NCBI GenBank assembly: GCA_951406725.2
Contig: OX597833.1
Coordinates: 30,194,001 to 30,258,000, forward strand
DNA: 64,000 nucleotides
Reading direction: 5' to 3'
Source: Octopus vulgaris
Taxonomy: Eukaryota
In this document: one piece after another, positions 54,115-64,000 of the stretch
How the letters are laid out: every line of letters begins with the position of its first letter
Numbering within the stretch: the first letter of the stretch is position 1
Translations under genes and position numbers: made by a program
Notes under the pieces: model-generated
Told to the model about the DNA's origin: nothing
The model's input: only the letters and a program-made list of their open reading frames with translations
Database searches by the model: none

Positions 54115-54859
54115 TGGATCTTTTCGGTTTGAACGGCAGTTTGTAACATAATTTCTAGGTAACTAAAACATTTTAAACTTCGTATACTGGTAGAATGTGT
54201 TTATAAAACATCTTTTTCTCTTGGCTTTATTGAGAAAATTCTATAGTTTGTAAGATATTTGTTGTTTTTCTTCAATTTCTGCAATTTCAACCAATCAATG
54301 ACGTCTATTGAGGTGAAAACATTCTGTGCCGTATGAATATGTCCCTCGTTTAAGAAACAGATTGGGTTTATTTACATTTGTGAAGAAAAAAAGATACCCT
54401 TCCCCCACCCTTAACCCTAACCCTAAATCTAAAATAGATTGAAATGCTAGGGCCATAATTATGGGTGACAATTTCGTACGACACCGCTAGAAATAAATCC
54501 CATTTTCCGTAGCGGTGTCGTATGAAATTGTCACCCATAATTATAACCCTAGTATCGAGGGGTGGGGGGGAAGAGTATCTTTTTTTCTTCAGAAATGTAA
54601 ATAAACTCAATCTGTTTCTTAAATGAGGGACATATTCATACAGCACAGTATGTTTTCACCTCAATAGACGTCATTGATTGGTTGAAATTGCAGAAATTGA
54701 AGAAAAAACAACAAATATCATACAAACTATAGAATTTTCTCAATAAAGCCAAGAGAAAATTATGTTTTATAAACACATTCTACCAGTATACGAAGTTTAA
54801 AAGTGTTTAGTTACGTGGAAATTATTTTAAAAAACTGCTGTTCAAACCAAAAAGATCCA
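54115..54859. mobile_element. ~745-bp palindromic MITE/foldback element
   Basis: tggatcttttcggtttgaac ... gttcaaaccaaaaagatcca. The arms are complementary up to a ~20-nt loop near 54490-54509. Confidence 0.9.
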
Positions 54860-56718
54860 TATACTTTTATATACATATATATATAAGTTCTTTATTCTCT
54901 TGGCAAGATACCTATTCTTAACCTTCACGATGAATGCTACTTCTCTTGTATTCATAGGACTAAATTTGTATTCTCAAAATACCGATATAATATAATTTAA
55001 AAATCAACATAATTTTAACCCCAGCTTTATGTATGGATATATATTTGCCCTTACATTAATATTCATATATATCTTATCCCTGCATTAATATTCATCTATA
55101 TCTTATATATTAACTTATTTATCCCTTTCCCATAAACTATATTAAATTTAATCTAAATTCTATGGTCAACCCAATTTATCTAACTTTTACCAGGTGTGTG
55201 TGTGTAAGTTATATGGATTTATGGTCTCCATTCTCTAATTCTTTTCAATATTAACTAACATAATTATTTACCTTTAATAAGTTCTCAATTCAGGATATAA
55301 TATTAATTTATCAGATATATGTTCTGATTTCCACATACATTATGTAAAATACTCTTTGGTTTTAACCTGGGTTAATTCCTTATTTTTTATCTCTTATCCT
55401 AATCTGTATTGATAATAACATTTTATTCCACAAAATTTCTTATTTTCCTACGTTATATTTATTATACCTTGCATTTATCACTGTCATGTATTGTTAGTAC
55501 ATCCTTTAAATAGCATAATAATTCTTTGTTAGGTTTAAAATTAACTATTATTTTATTGCATTTATTGTATTTTGTCTTATTTGATTTAATTTACTTTTCT
55601 TATTCCTTCACCTTTATATAATTACATTTTGCATGTAAGTTAATCTACCTAGTTGAATGTATGTTATGTCTTGTAATATACTCTGATTAGTTTATTTGAT
55701 TTAATTTACTTAACTTCTTTCATATTCTTTCTTTGTATAAAATTACATTTTGCATGTAATGTTGATCTACCAAATTAAATAAATGCTGTGTAATATAACA
55801 TCAATAATATTAATATGCCAATTTGTTTTTTGTATGTACCTGACATGTTTGTCATGCTTAAGAAAAAGAAATTGAACTAAAATTGATCCCTGGTTATTAA
55901 AGGCCCAACCACGCGCACACACACAAACACACACGCATGCACACATTTGTTTTAGGTCTTCTGCCCTTGTGAATTTGACCATACACCAGATAACTTGTTA
56001 AGGCTTATGTTCCAAAATTTAAATTTTGAATTTGCTTTAATTATAACATTACACCTCAGCTAAAAAGCATCTTTTGGCTTCTGAATACAACCTTTTCTTT
56101 CTCTTTCTATATTTTTCGTTAAGTTAAAATTTCTCTATTTTGGTCAAGATTTTTCCAATTTCTCTTTTCTTGTATCAAGTAATGGACAAAAGTATTTAAA
56201 AGAAAAATTAAATTCACAGGGCCAAACAAAATCAAATATATTGATTCTATTTTTTTCCTTTTTCATAATACAAGGGATTAGTATGAGAGAGATTTAGCTG
56301 TTATTTCTAGAAAATTGAACAACCACACAGAGTTGTTCAATTGGCTCATTTGTTGATGTGTACAAGTAAGCAAAAGTTAAAACACACACACACACTCATA
56401 TATATATATATATAATAAAGGGTTAATTGCAATAAGTTGCTCAAAACCACATACCGAAAATATTAGAAATGGCAGCCAAATAGGTCACCATTTCTCCTAC
56501 TAGTAAAAAAGTCTCCACAAACAACCAGAATTTGCAACCCGTATATGGTAAAGAGAAAGAAAATAACGAAATCACAGCCTATTTGGATTAATTATAGACG
56601 AAATTTGTTTCTTTATTATAATTAATATAATCCTTACCAAATATGGTCTTTTCCATACCAATAAAACTACTAGGTGAAATTTATTAATTTTATTAAATTA
56701 ATTATATTTCACCCTTTT

Positions 56719-56762
<44 letters not shown>

Positions 56763-57477
56763 AATGTATGTGTGTGTATGCAATAAGTATCACATGGTGG
56801 AAATAATTGCAACTTTCTCTTTCTATATTTTTTGCTAAGTTAGAATTTCTCTGTTTTGCACAGGATTTTTCCAATTTCTTTTTCCTTGTATCAAGCGATT
56901 GATGAAAGCATTTAAAAAAATCAAATCCATAGAGCCAAGCAAAATCAAAAATATTAATTGTATTTTTTCCCTTTACTTTTTACTTTCCTACAATATAATC
57001 AATTACCATATCCTATATACAATGTCCTTGCATATTAGGTGAGTATTTCAGAAAAGTTTTCACCTTTTAATCAAAAACTGTCTAATACATTTGTATATGT
57101 TTTTCAGTTGAAACACTCTGAATCATTTTGGAGATTTGTTGATTAATAACAAGTATTAAAATATGGATAATCGCATGAGGGATGCAGCATATCCTACAGC
57201 ATAGGAGGGAAAGAAATCAGCACAAGATAGAATAAATGAGCCAGAACCAAAGAGAAGTGTATTTTCAAAATAAGATAGAGATCAACAGAATCGAGAACAT
57301 GAATCAAGAGCAACAGTAGCTGTACTTAGAAAATATGAGAAACAGAAGTGGATCTCTCTCAGCATACCAGCAAAACACAAAATCGCACCAGCTAGCATCA
57401 CCACCACCTCCAAGCCCATCATATATATATATATATATATATCTACATCTATCACTAGATATCTATATATAAATATA

Positions 57478-57960
57478 TCTATACTTATAAATTTGACAGG
57501 GGTGATTCTTTCTTTTCTTGGAATTCATGGTCAAACAGCTGGGTGGAACTGCATGAAAAATTACACAAATGTGTAGAATGATCCAGTGGTGATGCTGGGC
57601 TTTGCATTTTTTTCATAGCTCCCATGGTTACCGAGATAATCTACTATAATATACTCTCGTGTTTATGAATGAGAAAGGAAGGTGTGATGTCATATTTCTT
57701 TAATAGCTCCTATGGCTACCGAGATATTCTACTATAATAATACTCGTCTTTATGAATGAGAAAGGAAGAAGTGATAGATGAATAAGGAAGGAAGGGGTGA
57801 TGTCATATTTTTTCATAGCTCCCATGGTTACCGAGATAATCTACTATAATAATACTCTTGTGTTTATGAATGAGAAAGGAAGGGGTGAGCGTTTCAACTC
57901 TGAATATATGCATGTGTATGTAAAAGGGGGAGGGGTATGTGAATGTGTGTGTGTTTGTGT
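57478..57960 (+). mobile_element. non-autonomous Helitron-like element 5' part with ~80-bp tandem repeats
   Basis: It starts tctatacttataaa (TC 5' end). Three copies of atagctcccatggttaccgagataatctactataat...tttatgaatgagaaaggaag lie at ~57616, 57703 and 57815. Confidence 0.5.
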
Positions 57961-58049
57961 GCGCGCTCAATGGAAATGAGATGGGTCGTCTTTCTTTGCT
58001 TAGCATTTAGGTTTACTTTTTCATTTGGTTGAAACTTTTCCAGGTGTCC

Positions 58050-59910
58050 CCGTTATCTGAACATCTCCCCAGCTGAACTCTCAGTCCTTCGATGTCACTG
58101 ATGCCGCACTGACATCATCATAAAACCGGCTGACAAGGGTGGAGCTGTGGTGATGTGGCGCACAGACCTCTACAAGGCCGAAGCCCTCTGCCCTCTAACC
58201 CCACGACCAGCTACCAACAGACTGTGTCCTCCACTATCCATGACCTTATCTTTTCTTCTTGCCTCCCCCACCACCTCAACCTCATTGTCCACACCCCTTG
58301 CACCCCCACTGTTTACTTCCTCCCAAAAATCCACAAACCTAACAACTCTGGCCACCCCATCGTCTCCGCCTGCAACTGCCCCAACAAACTCATCCCCAGA
58401 TATCTTGACCATGTCCTTGCCCCCCTAGTGGCTTCCCTCCCCTCTCACATCCATGATACCAACCACGTGCTTCGTTTGTTCAACTCTTTCTCCTTCCCTC
58501 CTGGCCCCTCTAAACTTCTCTTCACTCTCGACATCCAGAGCCTTTACATGGTGATCCCTCACGAGGGGCTGCGTGCACTCCAACATTTCCTTGACCTTCG
58601 ACCCAACCCCCAACCCGACACATCCACACTCATTTGTTTGGCTGAACTTGTCCTCTCACTCAACTGCTTCTCATTCACTGGTGATTTCTACCAGCAGACT
58701 TAGGGGTCGCCATGGGAACAAGAATGGGCCCCAACTATGCAAACCTGTTCGTTGGCTACGCTGAGGCCCAAATATTCTCAATTTCCCTGGTCACACTCCC
58801 GAACTATATGGCCATTACATTGACGACTGTATCAGTGCGACCTCACTCTCTTGCAAACATCTGGACTCCTCCTCTTTTGTCAAATCTTTCCATCCTGCCC
58901 TCCACTTCTCCTGTACAATCACATCATCAACTCCTTCACCTGCACTTCTACCAATGTCATCTATTGCATCACCTGCTCTCTCTGCCCTTCTCTGACCAGT
59001 TCGCAGAACACCTCCGAGACATCTGACTCAGCAATGATACCCCGGTCTGGCACCATTTCCACTCTACCGGTCACTCTTTGCAACATCTGTCTGTGTTCGG
59101 ATTGTCCTTGCACAGGGGCCATCCGGACTCCAGTTTGCACCATGAACAGGGATTAATCTTCTTTCTTCGCTCCTTTGCACCAAATAGGCTCAACTCTCCT
59201 CCCATCTTCATCTAACCTCCTCACCTTGCCTTTCTCCCCCTCATACCTACTTTTTTCCACCCACCTCTCCTCTCTTGCTCCGATTCCTACTTCTCTTCAC
59301 TCCTACCCACCTTTTCCTTCCCCCTTCTTTCGTAACCCCACCTCACCCCTATGCATTCCAACCCCACTTTCCCTATCCCTCCCATCCACCCCACCCTTAC
59401 ACCCACTCCCACATACCCCACATCTACCCCCACCTTCAGTCTAACCCACGCCCCACCCTTGCTTTCCACTCTTGCCTCCCTCACCTCCCAACACCATCAC
59501 ACTACTACACCATACCACATTTCACATCACAGCACCATGCACAGACCACTTCCCAGCCCCACACCTTAAAACCTACACATATAAACATCAAGGTCACCAG
59601 CCCTCTTCCAAACACACATACTCTCTTATACACACACATACGCACCTTCGTTTTGGGATCACTACTACTTTATTATCTCCCTTTCTTCCAAGCTCTCCTG
59701 TGTGACCCTTCTGTCCGGCATTCGCCATAATAGATCACTAGCCACTACATATTCTTTATTTTCTCTCTTTGTTTCTTTCTGTGTTCCTTACTGTGGAAGA
59801 GCATAGGCTCGAAACGTTAAAGACTTTTTCACTTCTCAAGCATCAAACTAATACATCTGTTTGTTGTCTACACCACCTGTCTACGTCTTTTGTTTTTTTG
59901 TGAATTCTCC
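58050..59910 (+). mobile_element. Penelope-like retroelement (RT + GIY-YIG remnant), decayed
   Basis: IIKPADKGGAVVMW, YFLPKIHK, PIVS, TLDIQSLY, FYQQT*GVAMGTRMGPNYANLFVG, YIDDC and FTCTSTNVIYCITCSLC are present. A hammerhead-like motif lies near the 3' end. Confidence 0.92.
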
Positions 59911-59947
59911 CTATCTATATATATAAATGTATATACATATATATATG

Positions 59948-59984
<37 letters not shown>

Positions 59985-59992
<8 letters not shown>

Positions 59993-62900
59993 TAAAATTG
60001 AGTTTGTGTGTGTGTAGACATGTTTTTTATAGAAATCCACATTCAATGTCTAATTGACCTCAAATTTTATACATAAAGTCCATAAGGTCAGAGCTAGGTC
60101 ATAGCAAAGAAATTACCCCAGTGATCTGCACGCATGATAGGGGGCATAGACATAAAGTTACGTTATGCGCACGTTGCTGAACTTTTGTTCATGCCTTAAT
60201 TGCTCCGTTTTACACGTTAATGTGTTATTTTGGCGGAAGAGAGCAAAATGGCTCATGCACCAACACGTTTTGCACCTCTAGCTACCCTTTTGACACATTT
60301 TGTGGCCCAGTAAATGAAGCACTTACCTTTTCTTTGCCAGGCTTCAATGTAATGCTACCTTAAAAAAACCCAGTTGCCAAACGTTTAGTCATTACATTGT
60401 TACACTTTTTACTTTGAATAAAGACAGCAAAAGAACCCATGTTCCTTACTTTTTGCAAGTTCCAATGCGTAACATTGAGCAATAGGCTTTCTTAGTCAAG
60501 GGCCCAAGTGGTGGTTCGTTGTAAAAAATCATGTCAAAGCTTTTGAAGTCTTGCAATAGCTTGCCCATTAATCATACCCACGCCTTAGTTGAGAGACAAC
60601 AAGGCACACATCATCACCCTATTGACACTCACCTTATTGACACTCTTTTGGCTGTTATGAAATTATAAATGGTGGAGATTCCGGGTATCGAACTCAGGTC
60701 CTATAATGATGTTTGACAATAAAGTAAACAGGAAAAACTGTTTTCATGCTGCACTGTAAGGGTGAAGTCCATTGTTGAGTGGGGGACGCTATAATTATTA
60801 GCCCCAGAAACTATGACGAATTAGCTACACCCAGGTAAAACTTTATAAATAGACATAATTTTACCCCCTCCCCCATTCCCCGTAGAAGAGTTTTGTTCTA
60901 TTGGATTCTGGTAGCAGTAATTGCCTGTTTTAGTTTATGCACTTTGTAATTTGTGTTAGGCATTTGTGGAAATATTTTATGCTCAGGGATTTGCCAGAAC
61001 TTTTTGCCTGTCAGTTTTAAAATAATTTGTCATATCTGGGTGAGGACAAAAATCTTTTAAGCTATGTTATATTTATGTGAACTTTGAACCCTGCATTGTG
61101 GCGTAGTGTGTGAGATAATTGTACACCTAGTTTTGGTAACAGTTTTGCTGTGAGACAAGATTCAATTGGATTCTGGAAGCTGTGATTGCCTATTTAGTTT
61201 CTGTATTTTGTGCTTTGTGTTAGGCATTTGAGAAATTATTTTATGCTCCAGGAATTCGCCAGAACTTTTTGCTCGTCAATTAAAAAATTTCTGTCATATC
61301 AAAATCCAACGTTCTACATTCCAAGGTTGAACAACGAATTAAAAGACAAATTTTATGACATTCCAAGGCTGAAAACTCAAGGTTGAACACTGAATTGATA
61401 GACAGATTTTATGTCAAAATCCACTGTCAAAATCCGACATTTGAAAACCAAATGTTTACAAAACTGGAAATCTGAATTTTATGAAACCCAAAATTTTTGG
61501 AAAGCTACTTTTGAAAAACCAAGATATGGATTCCGAACTTCTGAACTATATATATATGCTACCCTTGTAACTTTTGACTGCACGTTTGGTGTAGCCTTGG
61601 CTGTTTGTTTGTATATATATTTGTGATAAGCTGTTTTTATGTTGACAATTAATAATAATTTTACAAAAAATTCATGGTGTGGTGTTGTTTTAAATTCACC
61701 CTATCCACGTTGATTCTGTGAATTCGTGTTGGCCACCAGGTTGTAACATGGCGCACTTAATTAAGCAAAAGTCATCCTTTGCCAGGGCTCAGTGCACTAC
61801 TATGTTACAAACTTCCTTTGCCAAACTTTTATTCAGACATACTAATGCTAAACTACGCCATTTGGAGCAGTAACTTTTTAGTTCTTACCAAGTCCAATGT
61901 TTAAAATTGTGCACCCAAATCCATTCTTAGACACTGTTCATTCCTAGACGTGGATCACTGCATTTCCACATTGAAAAACACTTCAAGGTTTTGAAACCCA
62001 CTGACTGACTGCAGTACCGTAAATCCCTTGAAACTTCAACAACGAAAATACTGCATTTTTGCTTACTGCATTCAAAGTGGACCAAAGTCAGGCGATATTT
62101 GAACTCAGTTAATGCAGTCCACCCATGTACCGATTTACATTGCACTTAGCTCGATACACTGTGTATGGAATCAGCAAAACATTGCAGTATTTATATGTTG
62201 ATGTTTCATGGGATTTCCGGTAGCTTCTCCCAATAATCAATTTTAAGTTAGACTCAGTGGTAAGACTGCTACTAAAACATTACTACTATGGCGCCCATGG
62301 GACATTCAAACGTCCTATAGCAGAGACAGGCCACTTTCCAGCTTCCGATGGATGTCTTACCTTTCATTGCTATCTTTTCCTTGAGGAGACCCTGGGCTAC
62401 ATTATACTACAGAATTACGCATTTCATACAGTGGGAAAAGGCGGACCGGCATTAGTGGGTTACTGTTGACAGGTCAGCCCCTTATTGCAGTTCAACCGTG
62501 ATACGATCTCCATTGTATAACTCCCCCCCTTCTCATGACCTCAGGCAATTGGCCATCCCTTATGTACGTGTTCATGTGTCCCTCCAGATTATTTGACTTA
62601 TGATCGATTTCCCTTTTGCAACAGCCTGTCCATTCGCTTCTTGAAACTTTCTTAGAAGTCCTCCTGATTAGGACAGTGCTGTGAATCCCACATTTCAGAA
62701 AAAAATCCAACCATTCGATTACTCTGCCTTCCACCTACTTCCCTCATGGTAAGTTGGTCATAGCCACTATTTGGCTTTCACTTACTTTTCTTTTGCAAAG
62801 ATATACCCTTTACAGTTTAAACGGTTGCTACCCATTGTGCACAATAACTCATTAACTCCGCTTTAATAAGACTTTCTGTTATTTCTGCCCTTCTTACACT

Positions 62901-64000
62901 CTCTTTCTAGATAAATGCCACCAAAGGAAAGACCTTTCATTGGACGCAGAACACAGGAAGCGGTTCGACAAGCAAGAAGGAGGTCAAGGAGTCAGCCCAA
63001 CGGAACAACTAACCATCCATTACCGGTGTCACTTGTGTCCCCATTCAACTACTGGCATACCATTCGTCAGCTATGCAAAACAGCTTCACAAGCTGCTGCT
63101 CGAGCATCTGAGAGTGAAGACCAGCGCACTGACCACAGATCTTGAAATGCTGCCACTACAGCAGCCACCCATGCTGCTGAAACGGACGAACAGCATAGCC
63201 TGCGCCTGCTTCGAAACACCAAAGCGACTGCTGCTGCCTGGGCTGATGCAACAGAAGGTCAACGAGCACTATGCTGGTCCCATGATGCGGCATCAAGGGC
63301 TTCCACATGAGCTGCCGAACCTGAACCAGCGACGTTCTCAATGACAGTCCAGCAATGCAGCCTCAACAGCATCAACCCGAGCTGCTGAAACACCAGAACA
63401 GCATTCATGACAGCGGTCACGTAATGCTGCTTTAACTGCATCTGCGTGAGCTAACAAATCTGAACAGCAACGTACTTAACAACAGTCCAGCAACACAGCC
63501 TCTGCAGCTGCTGTTCACAATGCTGAAGCCAATGAAGAAAGACAAAGTCGCTTTGCAGCTTCTTCCGCCTGATGAACCCTCCAGCAGGGTCTATCTGTTC
63601 CGTGCAGTACACGATGGTTAAGGGAAGCATTTGATTATAATCATGATTGTGATTACGCCCAACACCCCAACTTGATGATTTCCTCTATGCAAAAAGTTTG
63701 CCCATTCTGCAATGCAAGGAAATAACCTGGAGAACCATCTGGTATGTACTGTTCAAATGCAAAGGTTCTCCTTTCCATTTTGGACAACCCACCTGAGCCA
63801 TTGTGATATCTTTTAACAGGTGCAGACGACGAATGCCGGCACTTCCAGAGCAACATGAAAAAGTATAACTGCGCCTTTCAGATGACATCATTTGGTGCGA
63901 ATATTGTTAGGGAAGGCAGCTTCATGCCTACATTTAAAATTCAGGGGCAGATTTACCAGATTTCTGGGGCAGAATTGGACCCCTTCAACCTGCTGCCAAC
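59985..64000 (+). mobile_element. Helitron 5' region and decayed N-terminus of Rep/helicase ORF (continues beyond the window)
   Basis: 63630-63970 reads AFDYNHDCDY...MQKVCPFCNARK*PGEPSGMYCSNAKV...PPEPL...KYNCAFQMTSFGANIVREGSFMPTFKIQGQIYQISG, the canonical Helitron N-terminal signature. The ORF starts MPPK at 62915. The 5' boundary is uncertain. Confidence 0.85.

Noticed and set aside
57600-57890. CRISPR-like repeat array
   Set aside because: The ~80-bp units have no unique spacers, the context is eukaryotic and there are no cas genes. The same applies to the repeats at 4915-5105 and 11915-12060.
59175-59730. Pro/His-rich ORFs
   Set aside because: They come from the C-rich low-complexity 3' region of the Penelope element, open in several frames through composition alone.

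Overview
This is animal (non-bacterial) genomic DNA: AT-rich, microsatellite-rich and transposon-dense. The repeat landscape suggests an octopus or other coleoid cephalopod, but that is inference. The one host gene I can support is the 3' part of an Ihog/Boi/CDON/BOC-family Hedgehog co-receptor on the + strand. I reconstructed it by hand as 9 GT-AG, phase-compatible exons between 5478 and 33917, about 609 aa. The order is polybasic linker, two FN3 domains, poly-Ser stalk, TM helix, long cytoplasmic tail, stop. The Ig-domain exons must lie upstream of the window. Three exons (5478, 26637, 28907) and the last exon (33769) are absent from the ORF track. The rest is mostly decayed mobile DNA: several RTE LINEs with a PHD-type finger inside ORF2, an RTE 3' end with three C2H2 fingers, a Gypsy LTR element with both LTRs, five Tc1/mariner relics, a hAT-Charlie derivative, a piggyBac-like MITE, a Tx1/L1-like LINE, a Penelope-like element, a Helitron running off the right edge, tRNA- and Nin-type SINEs, two ~750-bp hairpins and a 3.2-kb (TA)n array. 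I cannot claim a new multi-gene system. The best leads are the PHD-bearing and triple-zinc-finger RTE LINEs and the unusual features of the Hedgehog co-receptor. All family assignments come from motif recognition without database searches. Transposon boundaries are approximate unless TIRs, LTRs or TSDs are cited.
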